64,000 bases of DNA from positions 300,179 through 364,178 of the forward strand of contig JAQGDQ010000223.1 of the NCBI GenBank assembly GCA_030141605.1, written 5' to 3'. A model generated the notes under the pieces. That model had not been told where the DNA came from. It did no database searches and was given only the letters and a program-made list of their open reading frames with translations. The translations under genes were made by a program, and so were the position numbers. This document shows, piece by piece, positions 12,621 through 25,972 of the stretch (position 1 is the stretch's first letter; the number at the start of each line of letters is the position of its first letter). Source of the stretch: Tubiluchus corallicola (lineage: Eukaryota; Animalia; Priapulida).

Positions 12621-14990
12621 TTATGCATTCATTCACTCAGTTATTAATAACCTTGAAATTATTAATAATTACTTACAAAAGCCAGTGTTTATATGTAAAG
12701 AAACTGAATGAAATAAGTTGCAGTACTGTAGATGAGGCATGGAATAGTTTTACAGTTGTAGTACTCAACTTGAACTTAAGTTCATGTTGATTTGAAGGTT
12801 ACAGTTGCAGTGCTCAGCTCGAAATTGATGTTCAAGTTGATCTGAAAAAAGGATGTATAGCACACTCACTAATAAAAACTTCAGGCCCAGCCAACCCGTT
12901 CACTAGTTCGCCTGTGTAATAGCTCTAATAGTGCAAACGTGAACAGTCGTAAATGATGCTACGACTCGCGCGGATGCACATGATAGAGTTCCAGGCATTC
13001 ATAATGCAAACAAGACGTTTTATCGCAAAATAACAGGCTTTGCGCTTGTGTTTTCTTAGCGTGCATAGCTGGTCTGATTATGCTTCCAAAAAGATCGTAT
13101 GCACAATGTGAAATCGTTAATTTATAAAATAATTATTGATTATAATGATTTTAACTAAGTAGTATTGTTGATCCAAAGTAATGTTTGACTCAAACGACGA
13201 TATGATTAAATAGACAGAGGAGAAATAAATAAGAATGTGACGAATTTTAATACAATTACAAAGAAGATACACTGCTATATTTACATAACTTTGCAAACCC
13301 CACAAAATTGTTTTATGTCATAATCGCTTTTGATCTTATTTTTAAATACCGTCTAATAAATACCACAAAACAATTGAAGACGTCGCTTACTTATGGGTTT
13401 AATTTGGCAAAAAACTCATTTCTTACCTGATGCGTGTGAAACGTTTGCGGTGCGTCACGTTTGGTGTTACCTCCTTCTACATGTTTCCTTAGTGTAACCG
13501 AATAAAAGTATATTAAAATATCAGCTCCAGCAGCTGCTGCATACTGCAACTGAACTTCTTCCCCAGAACCTGAGGTTGCCAATGCGCAAGTCCTCTTTGC
13601 ACAAGAATTTTTAAGTGCCATTATATGTTCTTAGCGAAAGTAAGCTTGCGCCATCTATTTGTCAGTGCAAGAATCTAACATTAATAATGCAATACTTGGC
13701 CATTTATTTAGCAAAAAGACACTAATATGGGTTAGCAGTGAAGAATAGTACAATTGACTATTGCACCGAGAAAGAATCCTAACTGTAGGGCGATTAGTAC
13801 GTGATTTATATTGTGTTAGTAAAACAAAAAACAAGTCTCAATGACAAACTTATAAAGAGGTTTATTTCACTGCGTACTTTAGACATATTTAGAAGTTTTC
13901 AAATGTTTGCTCAGTTATGAAGATTTCACTTTTTTCTTGTGTATGAAAAATTCTTCGGAAGGTGTACACAAAATTTTACTTAGCTGTTAATGATCAGTTT
14001 AATGGATCAAATCGGTCCAAACGCAGTGACATCTATTAAATCAAATTCTTTCACATGGTTCAACTTATTTTAGTAAAACAAATATAATAAACAGTAAATT
14101 CAGTTACTGAATTATGGAGAAAAGCCGAGATTTCAACATTATGTTGTAAAGACAGTTAGCAGATGTAATATTAAATGGGCTACACGGCCAGCTTCTGCTT
14201 TGGGACTCATGGTAAATGTCTTGACTGCAGTCAGGGATCGACAGCTTTGAAATGCAGTGGTTTGGCAATGTTCAGACTTATCCTACCGAATACTTCAAAT
14301 TTACTGTTATAATACTTTATAATATTCAAGTTGACCTTAACAATGGCATTGTTAACAATATCTTGTGCTAGTTGTCGTTTATACATAACACGACTGTGAT
14401 TGATCACCTGTTGATCATTATCAATTTTCTGCTCAGAGTCGAAGCGTTTGAACTTAAAAGTTATAGAAAATTAGAGTTCTCTGTACCAAGTGAACTTTCA
14501 CCCATTTAAAGCTACGTAAAGAGTTGTTGACTTTCCGCAAGACCAATGCATGCAATTATCTCTGTTAGACAAGAATCATTTAACTTTGCAAACATGTTAA
14601 ATCTCGAAAAATTGAGAATTGGGATGCGCACATTGTTAAAAACGAATTATGTCACTTCTTGAGATTCTGCTTCATAGCAGAATCTTCTTGATTTACCTCT
14701 GCAGAATCTGCTTGATTTACCCGGGTTTTAATTTTTATTTCTTTGCTTTGTTAATAGCTCGCACACGCACGAAACCAGTGTCAGGAAACTCATAGCACGC
14801 ACTCCCCAGGTAGGGGATTTACGTTTGTAGGTGATCCGTCACCCTGGGTCAATGTTCGCGGAGTGGGCGGGGACTTTCGTTAGGCTGAATTTCGTTCCAC
14901 AGTTTTTCAGATAGGGTCATAATTTTTGGTGTGTGGGTAGAGCTCTTGTACACGGCTGAATACAGGCCGCTTGCGTATTTCCTTCCTTCA

Positions 14991-15184
14991 TACCTACCTA
15001 CCTATCTACCTACCTACCTACCTACCTACCTACCTACCTACCTACCTACCTACCTACCTACCTACCTACCTACCTACCTACCTACCTATCTATATGCCTA
15101 CCTATCTACCTACCTACCTGCCTATCTACCTACCTACCTACCTACCTAACTACCTACCTACTTACCTACCTACCTACCTACCTA

Positions 15185-15220
<36 letters not shown>

Positions 15221-15222
15221 CG
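14991..15222 (+). repeat. (CTAC)n grading into (CTGC)n tetranucleotide repeat
   Basis: Direct reading; a related, oppositely oriented TAGA/CAGA/TAGG tract follows at ~15300-15385. Confidence 0.97.
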
Positions 15223-18200
15223 TAGCTACCTACTAGCTACGTATTAGTGAGATTGAGAGTAGTGTTCATCTTTAATAATGCACGGAGTAGCGAGAGTACT
15301 AGGTAGTTAGATAGATAGATAGATAGATAATTAGCAGTCAACCAAACAGACAGACAGACAGACAGGAAGGTAGGTAGATAGATAGCAAGTTGATTTGTAA
15401 TATGACTGACAGTGCCCCTGCAAAAATGAAGTGCATCAATTGTACTGTTTAAAGTATGCAATGCCAAATTACTCTACATCTTTTCTCAATATGTGAGAAG
15501 CTTAGACTACGTATGTTTAAAATTTGACTGTTGATTTACAATAAAACAATAAACTTAACGGTAGTGCGTGCATAAAGGCCAATATAGCTCTTCCAAGTTT
15601 AAAAGTTGCGCAAATGTGTATTCTGGCAATTTTAATTTAACATTTGTGATATTATTATGAAAATCCACAAGCAAATGTCTAAAACTCGAATATACACTTC
15701 TACCAATGAGAAAAGGCAACATTAGCATTAATAACGGCTATTTTAGCGACTTACATCTAGGTAATACAAGTAAGAATGCTTCATACAACTAACAAACAAG
15801 ATGTCTGGTGTCGGAACTAGCTTTCCAAATGGAAGCAATTATTTAACCTTTTACTATATAAAATCTTGTAAATTTTTTAAGTTATAGGTAAATGAAATTA
15901 CTTACTGTATAAAGTATTGTAAAATGTATTCAGACAATGACTAAAGCCAGATGAATAACGAATAACTAATTGTTTAGGTGTTCAGTTGATAAGCGTCCTG
16001 TCAGCCCAGGCAGGCCTTTCGCGATTTAACGTTTGAGTAGCACAGTTTTCGAACCTTTGTCTTGCTGGACGAGGAAATGTGTCGTTTGCGGCTAATGCGT
16101 TTGGTTGCCCTTGCATAAGTAATTAACTCTTTCTTGTACACGGAACAAGTTTTCTGCATAATGTGATAATGTAGTAGTTAGACTTGAGAGAGACCGAAAC
16201 AAGCGAACAGAAACTTTCTTTACTTGTTTTAATAAAATCAGAATGCATATATGATTTTCAATGTCTTCAATGCGTTTTAACAGCCCTTCCTCCTCTAACG
16301 AATTCTAATGAATCATCATTATTTCGTCAGTTAAATTTACCATCTTACTTTCTAATCTGTGAATAATAGTATTTTCGACAACTGTTTGATTGTTGGGTGA
16401 TGACGTCAGAAATTCGGGTGCTTGGGAGTTTATAATTAGCACATCTGAACCTACACAAGTAATTACACTCTCTGTATTACTATGATCGGACTGGGTGTTT
16501 TTTTTCACCTTTATACCGTCTTTTACGAGCTCCGCTAGATCACTTTCACACGTGTATATGCGTCGTTGATGCGATTCATAAGCAGTAATTTGATAGTCAG
16601 GTAATTTTACTGCAGCAATAATGCACCCACGAATTGCATAATGAAATATCTTTATGTCATTATAACGAGATAGCTATGTCGTAATAACGATATAATAAAT
16701 TGTTATAACAAAGTTGTATTGTAACGAGGTAGTAAGTCGTTATAACAAAATAGTTGTGTCTTTCTAACCAGATAATTGTATGTTTGGTCGAAAAAATTGA
16801 CACTAATGGAGCTCGTACAATAGTTTATGTCGTCAAACTTCAAAAAAAATAATGATGATGCATTTAAAACATGATTGTTGATAAGATTTGTGGCATGATT
16901 ATTGTGCTCTTGAGAGCGAGACAAATATATGTTCAAAAATGCCTTTTTTATCATGACAGGGGAGCTCGAACCTTGTGTTGCAAGAGAAGGATTTGAGCTC
17001 GTCGTTGCCGGGATTAATTTTTTAGGGGACAGTTTCTATGTTGCAATTCAACAGATGCTAGACAACTCAGCTCAGTTCACCGAGTTCACTTTGTGCATGG
17101 TGCGTACAATGCAGTCGAACAACGGCATAAAAATGATTTTTGTCTTATTGCATTTTGTACGTGCTTCTGATTGGCAGAAGAATTAGTATGACTGAATAAA
17201 GGTTAACTTGCATATGTGGGGCGTTCTCTTACGCAATAAATGAGATTGTTATATGGGTACCGTCCCGAATTGCGAGTGTTGGGCGTTTTCGTTATGACAC
17301 CACAAACACTTTATTTCTGGTGAGCATATCACAGACATGTATTCCAAATAAGAGCAAACGAAACAGTTTTTAATATTACTGATAAATTCTAGGTTTAATA
17401 CAGTTTACGGTCAGAACCGAAAGCAATTTACTCTAATTCAAAAGCTCCAAAGCTCGAGCAAGGGGTGGAATCTTACTTGGCCACTTCTACAATGCTTGTG
17501 AGGTGTGCCGGAACCGTGTGCGGTTACTTCTCCAATCCTAGTGGAGTGTACTGGAGTTCTGACCGTGGAGCTTGTGGAACTACCATTGATACAAGGTCTG
17601 GTCATTGCCTGCTTGTTTCTGCACCAGATCTCCCGAATTTCCGTTTACAGCAGTAAGTCAGATAAACGAATAATAGCCAGTTCCCTGCTGTTTTAGCCTT
17701 ACGGCTCGAACACCTAACCCTTTAATGTGTCAGTGGACTTTAATCACTTTCTGCCGCCATGATAATTATGTCTTGACTTCAATTATTAGCAGACATTCAT
17801 CAGAAGCCATATTGGACGACTTCACTGGCTTAGCACGTTCGACACACTGTGTTGAACCTGATTTCAATTTCTAGAACAGGTAAAAGTCGACGACTTTGTC
17901 CTTTAACATAACTGTTTATTGGCTAGATAGCTTTCAGTTGAGCGTATAACCAATCACTTGCTTTCTTGTAAAGGAGATCTAAGACAGGTATGAGGTGGGA
18001 CATTTCCCAGAGTTAACTAGATGCATGCTCATATGCCTACAGTCACAAACTTGTTTTATTATAGTAGATAAATTCGCTTAATGAGTAATTAATTAATGAC
18101 TTATTCAATTAACATAAGCAATTAATTAAATTAAGCTATTAATGCAGCCTAAGTACAGAATATACACAAAATCATATTAGAATACAGTCAACGATATTAA

Positions 18201-18639
18201 AAGGGGTTGCAATTCATTCCCAACTGGCATTTAACTTAAAGCTATAGCTACAGAAATTTAATTGAAATTAAAAATTAATTTAAAATTAAAATTTAATTAA
18301 GTATTTATTAGCTGTCAGGAATCCAAAGATTCGATGAAAAGACGACTACCAAAACACATGTACCTTTAATTTAATATTTTTAACAATTACTAAACTTTTT
18401 ATTCCGAGGCAAGGTAAAGATGATGAATAAAGAACAAACGTCATTTTTAAATGATTCAGCAACACAGTCAAAGCCAACAACATAACACGAATACATGAAT
18501 ATGTTACAAGATGACTATAGGGGTATAGTAGAAAAGCAATGACAGGTATTACAGTTCACACCAAGATAAAGCAAAGAGGTTAACGCGTAAAAAGCGATAT
18601 ACAGCGACACATATGAATTAATGCACCAAAAAATTTGTA

Positions 18640-19093
18640 CTAACGACGCAGAACATCACTCCAGAAGAGCTCAACCAAAGACTTCAAGTCCATATTCTTT
18701 GTTTTCTCAGCCTCAACTGCAAGGATCTTCAGATCACTCAGTCGACACTGACTCATTGTACTGCGAAGAGCATTCTTGATAAATTTAAGAGCAGAAAAGG
18801 ATCTCTCACAAGAGCAAGACGGGCAAAGTCAGAAGCAACTGGTATGCGATGGAGATCATTGGGCAAAGTTCGTCCTGTCCAGAAGAAATTATATAACAGT
18901 ATACTGAGTGAATGCAGTTTGTGTCAACATGTTCAGGAACAGAGCCTGCAGTGGGAGATTTCACCGTTCCTCAAAATTTTGCACCTTATTGGTCTCATTA
19001 CAAGCAGCCGAAACCCTTAAAATTTTTGACATTTTGTAAAAAATTGGGGGGCGCCTGCCCCCCCCCCCGGGCCCCTATAGCACGACGCCACTG
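18640..19093 (-). mobile_element. hAT transposon deletion derivative with transposase dimerization-domain remnant
   Basis: 18640-18832 reads LTLPV/(frameshift)CSCERSFSALKFIKNALRSTMSQCRLSDLKILAVE (hATC motif ERSFSxLxxIKxxLRSTM). A hAT-type terminus CAGTGGCGTCG followed by a G-rich tract lies at 19093. Confidence 0.85.
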
Positions 19094-19699
19094 GTGACAT
19101 TACTTATTGGTTTCTCATAAAACTTAATATCACTGCAAAAACAAAATGGATTATGTTCTATAACATTTATACAATAATCGCACTTAACATGTGATGTGGC
19201 GGACTCACGAAAATCTATGCTTTTACAAGCGTAAACCTTTGTTTTCAATAAAAGTATGTCAAACCGCGCTTTGTAGAAAATTCAACATGTCGCCTATATC
19301 AAGATAACCTGAACACTGTGTTTACATAGTTTTTATCACGGTAAATTAAAGTAAAAAATGTTCATTGAAATAAAAACCTTTAAAGATTCTTTGCTGACAG
19401 ATTTTTTGTTTACTTTGTAGAGCACTCAGACAATTGATGAATACGGTTGTTACCTTTAATTTCAATTCGGCCACAAGACAAAAAAAATCTAGCAGGAGGG
19501 CGTACTGCATGAATTACTCGCAGACTGATGCTAATATGCTTAAATTAGAAATTAACTTCAAGTTACTTAATTTTTTCAATTATTGAGAATATACTGAGTG
19601 ATTCAAAAAATGCTGAGTGATTCAAAAAATGTGCCGAAGTTTAGACTACAGTCAATAATTATTAAGAACAAGTAGACTAGAAGGTTAAAGTTTCTCTAT

Positions 19700-19920
19700 G
19701 TCGTAACGCGACACGTTAGCTTTTGATTGTGATAGGCAGGTGTTTATAGTTATAGCTGCAGTGGTTTTTTAAGTCATGATAGAAACGCTTTTGCATGCAA
19801 AAAAGTTAAATGTGGGAACAATGTTAGCTAATCATCAATTTAAAAACACACACACACGCACGCACGCACGCTAACACACACACACACACACATATAAAAA
19901 TCATGTTAGATGTACAGTAG
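19700..19920 (+). repeat. Dispersed repeat family B, copy 2 (contains a CA repeat)
   Basis: ggaacaatgttagctaatcatcaattt matches the ~5200 and ~42880 blocks. Confidence 0.55.
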
Positions 19921-20284
19921 TGTTTAAAATTGTGTAGGGTGCATTTTATATATTTGTTTGTAGGCTGGTATTGATTTTAATGTATTGTCGGTAATATTAG
20001 CTTCAAATATATTTTCTATATTATAAATACCGACGTGAAATAAATTTTCGGTGTCTATATAGAGCCTAATGTGTTTCTATACTTAAGTTTTAATACTAGT
20101 TCCTACACCATTTTATCTATTCTAATAATGTGGTGCCATCTGTTGAAAGTGGTGCCACCTACTGGAACTAAAAATGGGAAATGAAAGCATATCGTAACTA
20201 CGTCCTTTATACAGTGGTAAAAAACAGGCGTTAATTACGTCACAAAATAGTAAACTGAATTTTTGAAAGAAAATCCTTGTTTAA

Positions 20285-20842
20285 GAAAAACTGCACCCAA
20301 GGTCAAAACAATCTACTCTTTAAAATATTAAACGGAAACGTACTATTTTTTTCAAAAATGGCTTACGTGAAAGGATTATTACCGCATAAACACAATTTCG
20401 CGTCACGCGGCTAGTTCTTCGCTGTTACATGCATTTCGTTATTCGTTAGATGGATGGGTACTAGCGCCTGTACTTCGGAAACACGTTGCACAAAAAACAG
20501 ATGCTGTACCTCTCACTTCATGCGTGAGCACAGCAGTGACTTTGAAATTTGTATTTTTATGCTAAAACTTGCCGAGTTTTAGTACAACGCACTGAACTTC
20601 TTACAGAAGCAGTGTACTTCAATCTTCGCTACTGCAAACACGTGCAACACGCTCATAGAACGTTTGTGCTGTCGAAAATTATGTTCGTTTGTGATGTCAT
20701 TAATAGTTTGGCTCGCCTGCCGTCAATTAAGATTTTAATCCATTATTTAATTATCAGAAACGCTTTTGCAGTATTGCTGGCGTTAAAATTTAGACTTTTT
20801 GCTTCAGTTGAAAGTGGGGTAGTATATGAAAAATCATCTTCT
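20285..20842 (+). mobile_element. Kolobok-like MITE family A copy
   Basis: TTAA at both ends; body similar to 11125-11730. Confidence 0.7.
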
Positions 20843-21726
20843 TTAATTAAATGAATTGTGGATTGTCATACTACTAATTAGTTAAATTGCTGTCCTGTTA
20901 TCATAAGAGATGACGTAGTCCAAAAACTTTTCTTGAACTAGTATTTAACTTGAACTAGTTTAGTACTGATTGAGATTTCTGCTTTGGGCCTAAAGTAGCA
21001 AAAAAGTTGCCAATGAAGCCTAAGCGTATCTGCGATTGGAGGTTATACTAAGCCTAACACGCGGCTGTGCTTATCTCAACCATAGGGGGAGATGGGTCGC
21101 CCCAGGTTTGAAAGCTTGAAATCTTTCAATGAGAGAATGAGCAATGGGTTTTTGACAGTTTTTATTGTAATTTTTAAAAATCTAAACAATAATATAATCA
21201 GCCGACGAGAAATTGACTAATTGTTCCTTTTTCCCGATAAACATGAGATGGTTTTCGTGTGCGATTTCAGCAATTTGATTGGGGAAAAAGTTTAGTAAAC
21301 CAAAAATCGTCGATCCACGATCAGTAATCACCGAGTAGCGTGATTACTAAAATACACGTACTACAAAAAGTACGAAAATGTCAAATAACTTACACAAAAA
21401 GGCGGCATAATGTGCAAAAAACGCCGAATAGCACTTTTTAGTTGTAAAAAGACCGTTTTATTTCAGTCTACTCTGCCTTCCTCAAAAACGCTGATTTACT
21501 GGTACGCTAAACAGCCATCAGCTTTTTTGTATTTTCCAACTGACAAGCTGCCTATGTTCTACAGTACCTTAACCTCTATAACCTCTTTAAGTTGTCTATA
21601 ACCTTATGCTTTAATTCAGTAAAAGCTGCTACGGGCTTTGCGTTATAAATGAGGACTAGGTAGAATGTTCGCGTATTATTGATTATACGTGTATTTGTAC
21701 GCAAACTTTTTGCGGGGCCTTTGCTA

Positions 21727-21727
<1 letters not shown>

Positions 21728-21804
<77 letters not shown>

Positions 21805-21830
21805 TTTTTTTTTTTTTTTTTTTTTTTTAT
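21728..21830 (+). repeat. (TTA)n followed by poly-T
   Basis: Direct reading. Confidence 0.97.
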
Positions 21831-22698
21831 TTCTGTTGGTGTCGCTGTTGTTGTTTGTGTTAGGTGGGTGAATAAAGTCAATACTTGCCAGATGCTATAA
21901 AATCAATTCAACTTTCTAAACAAGAGAGGTGCTACTAGTTTCAGCACATTTGAAACCTAAAAGCGCTGAAAACAAGCAAATTCGATTTCGTTTGGCGAAA
22001 CCAACTATTTCCATCTAAATGTCGGTAAATTCCAGACGAAATGCGGCAATCTGTAATAATAATTGTCAGACTGAAGCCTCGATGAATCAATATCTGCTTG
22101 TAACCAAGTCTGCGTAAGTCTTCGGAAAGTATCCACTGAACGTGGTCTGTGTGAAAGCCAGTTTGCTTTAATTGATGCAAATTAAGATAAACAATGCGTA
22201 GATTTAGATCCGCTGAAGTGCAGGAAAGCAGGGCTACTGCAAAAATAGGTTAAACACGCACGTATAGTCAGTTGTGATGTACTCAGCGTCTATGAAAATT
22301 TTCTTTTTGGTGTAAATTGAAGGGTTCAATGATACCTTACGCATTATGTTATAAAGCGGAGTTCGTACAAATGTGTTTTGCTAACAATGAACGTCAAAGC
22401 AGGTGCAGATGGTCGGTCTTGTACAAAGAAATTAAAGGTTTTTCTTAAACGCACATTATTTCCTAATAACGCAAGACGCACTTGGCGTTTTCAACATTAA
22501 GAAGAATAATTACAAGTGTTGTAAATTACTCACACAGTTGTATTTATTGTCATACTTTGAAAAACGTCAACAAGTGATATATGGAGAAATCAACTTTTAA
22601 TACAATTATATGGCAAGGCAAAAAAACAAAACATAAACAAAAATTTCACACAATAAGAGGCTTTATCTTTAACAACACAGAAACCAGGTACTAAATTA

Positions 22699-23032
22699 GT
22701 CCCGTCCCGTCCCGTCCCGTCCCGTCCCGTCCCGTCCCGTCCCGTCCCGTCCCGTCCCGTCCCGTCCCGTCCCGTCCCGTCCCGTCCCGTCCAATCCAGT
22801 CCAGTCCAGTCCAGTCCAGTCCAGTCCAGTCCAGTCCAGTCTAATCCAATCCAATCCAATCCAATCCAATCCAATCCAATCCAGTCCAGTCCAGTCCAGT
22901 CCAGTCCAGTCCAATGCAGTCAAGTCCAATCCAATCCAGTCCACTCCAGTCCAATTCTCTCCAGTCTACTCCAGTTCAGTCAAATCTGATTAAGTCTAAT
23001 TCGATCCAGTCCAGTCCAGTCCAGGCCAGTCT
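22699..23032 (+). repeat. Compound pentanucleotide repeat (GTCCC)n-(GTCCA)n-(ATCCA)n, decaying rightwards
   Basis: Direct reading. Confidence 0.97.
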
Positions 23033-23327
23033 AAAAGATGTTATAAAGACTAGATTAATTTATGTCGTTGCTTTTTGTGACAAGTTGACAAGTCCTCAAT
23101 TTAATAAAAACTTAAAATTTCCAAGCACTTCTACTAATCTCGCTAGCTGTAAAACTTGCATGGAGGATTAGCAGGCTAACTAGACACCACATGTCACTCA
23201 TCAGAACGGATAGATTGAAGAATTTATAGTCTGTTAGGCAGGAATTGTGGCGAATAACAAAACACCGTGTATCTAGAGGAACCAATGGCCTAGCGTAGTA
23301 AGTTGTTGTCCTTCGGGTTGCTGACAT

Positions 23328-24405
23328 AGTTGCCGTCTTATCGACAAGTGACGTCAAACATATTGGTCTATCGCTCCGCTCAGCAGCATTCGGGACAACA
23401 GCTCACGTAGGACAACAACTGTCTAAGCTAAACCAAACTAAAGTAAACAACACGACAGTCACAACTAATGTCTAACCAGCAGATAAACACAAATTTGCAG
23501 AGCAGCAGCTATCTTAACACGAAATTAACACTTCAAGTAGCCAAAATAACTGTTCAATTTAAACAGAATGTAGAGACGAAGTTTCTAAGCACTACAAAAT
23601 ATGGAGACATAAATATAATAAAGAAACTAAGCCAGTTTGCCTTGCTTTACAATAAATGAGCTATAAAAATATTAAGTCTCTTGCCTTTAAACATGCGAAC
23701 ATCAAGCTTACGATGTATTTTTCCATATTAATTAATCGTTTGCTCGTCTGAAAGATTTATTAAGTTTTTGTATTTTTCCGTTTGTCAAGCTACAGAAATG
23801 GAATAAATTTGTCTGTTTCATTCCATAGACGATCCTTATATTGAATTCCCGAGTCACATAAGTCCCAATGGTATCTTTTAACCTTGATTATAACCAGAAA
23901 AATAGCGTAAAATTAGCTAATATTACATTGATGTATAATATAAGTTTTGGCCACATTTGAATTAATTTTGACTGTGAAGATCTCATTGAGGTTTGAAAAA
24001 AACTAGCCAGAAAAGAAAACATTTTGTTTTGTCTAAAGTTATGTTTATCTAACTTGCAATGCCATAAACTAAACTAAACTGCGTATTTTCTTGATTACAA
24101 AATGGTTTAATCAGCAACTCATAGACATAAGCGTTGTGCATTACTTCCTATAAACGAAACTAGACAATATATTTCCACCTATTCACTTGCAATTTCAATT
24201 GACAATAATAAAATCCAGAACCAGGCTAATATCTCTCCCGCTAACTAATTAAAAGTTGAGCATTTATCATAACAGTGTTTGACGGAGCTGTAGCTAAATG
24301 TCCCGAACGCACCTGCTGCAGGGGTGTGTGAAATAACTTGCCCGCTGATTGGGCAGTCAACGAAAATGATTGACATCATGTTTGACGTCAATTACGATGG
24401 CAACT
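23328..24405 (+). mobile_element. ~1.1 kb non-autonomous TIR element family C, copy 1
   Basis: Imperfect TIRs AGTTGCC..TGACGTCAAACAT / ATGTTTGACGTCA..GGCAACT; body matches ~39325-40400 in reverse. Confidence 0.7.
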
Positions 24406-24539
24406 TTGAATGGAAGCCGTTTATTTTCGTGTATTTTACTTTTTATTTATTTCGTAATCTTCAAAGTGCAATAAGCGAGTGACAAGGTAGTTAACAAGTG
24501 AAATAAAATAATAAAGGACTACTACAAAACAGTGCAAAT

Positions 24540-25260
24540 TAAAACAAAGTAATAATAATAATATATAAGTAGACGATTATGGCAAAAAAATAAAGAACTA
24601 AAATAGTTGCTTACAAGTGTCTGTTTAAAAAGTAAAAATTTGCTAAAATCAACATGACATAGCCGTTCTTTAAATAATTTTCGGTTGCCAGTATTTACAG
24701 TTGGAGCATCATTCACATATAGTGGTAGTTTATTCCATAAACTTGCAGCTCTGTTGCTGAAGAAATGTTAAAAGCAATTAAGTGAGTTTTTTCACTTGTA
24801 ATTTCAAATAATGACCCCTTGTAAAATTTGCAAGTGGTGCAAAGTTAAAAAAAGATTCACTCGAAAATGATATATCAGCTTGAATTATATTATAGCACAT
24901 AGTTAGATCATTACGAATGCGTTTTAATTCTAGGGGTTCCAATTTGAGAATTGCCAATCTATTTAGGTATGACGTGGAGTTTAATTTACATCTAGCAAAG
25001 AGTCTGCGTGTGAAATATCGTTGTACATTTTCTACAAGATCTGTATCGTTTAGAGGTAGGGTTCCAGACAGGAGCGCAATATTCGACTAATGGGCGTACG
25101 TTGTAGGTAGTAAGTAGTGCATGCTTATCAGATGTAACAAAGCAACAAAAAATCATATTGTTTACACGAATCAGCCGTAGCACAAATATTAAGACAATGA
25201 GTAGAAATTTTTAGATTTCTGCTGACTGTGATTCCGAGATCTAACACTTTATTGTGTCTC
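24540..25260 (-). mobile_element. CR1-clade LINE 3' fragment (frameshifted)
   Basis: VRPLVEYCAPVWNP ... RGH.LKL ... FFSNRAASLWNKLPLYVNDAPTVN ... FKERL..VDFSKFL, a typical CR1 ORF2 C-terminus. Confidence 0.85.
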
Positions 25261-25639
25261 ATATTTGAAGCAAATATATGAACCAAGTATCCCTGCAAAA
25301 TAATTTTTTATGAAGTTCGAATTGAAAGAATTGATCTATGAATGTGAGGTCCATTTTATCCACTTATTGGTCTTTCGTAAAAAAGTATTATTATTAACGA
25401 GTGTTCACTAGAAGTCAAAAATGTTATTACAAACCAAGTAATTAATGCTCCTGAATACTCATATTGAAAGTAATAACTGTCAGCCACTTCCCCGTAAAAC
25501 TTATTACGGAACAAATCTATCATTGTAACTTTCACACATTGTTAACGTTCACACACAGTGTTGGTTTGTAAGTTTGAGAATTATCTAATAGCCAGCAGCT
25601 GTTTTCTGCAAAATGTGATAAACTTTTGTAGGAAGAAAG

Positions 25640-25795
25640 CAATTTTTATTAAAATTTTATGTTACAAAATGTTAAAAAACATGTCTTCAAACAAACCGCC
25701 ATTTGTGTAGTCACAGAAGATGACTGCAGGCTGCAGTCGAAACGTTTAGGGACATGTTTTTAGCATTTTGTAACTTACAGTTTTAATAAAAGTTG
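25640..25795 (+). mobile_element. Inverted-repeat structure with a degenerate hammerhead core (Penelope-like pseudo-LTR remnant)
   Basis: ~52-bp imperfect arms 25640-25692 / 25744-25795 enclosing cAGAAGA-t-GACTGCA-ggc-TGCAGTC-GAAACGTT; AATAAA in the right arm. Confidence 0.55.
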
Positions 25796-25972
25796 TTTTT
25801 TTTCTTATAATGCCGTGAATGCCTGTATGAATTGACTTGACAAGATTTTCTTGCCAGCATTAAATATTGCCGTTTTTCATGCTGTAAATCCTCACAAGAA
25901 ACCGCCTGCAGGTGACCAAGAACTAGCTTTATGGGCCTCTTTCAGTACTCGGTGTAGACTGTGTATATAAAA

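Noticed and set aside
17465-17696. GC-richer stretch with two short ORFs
   Set aside because: No family motif and no convincing exon structure.
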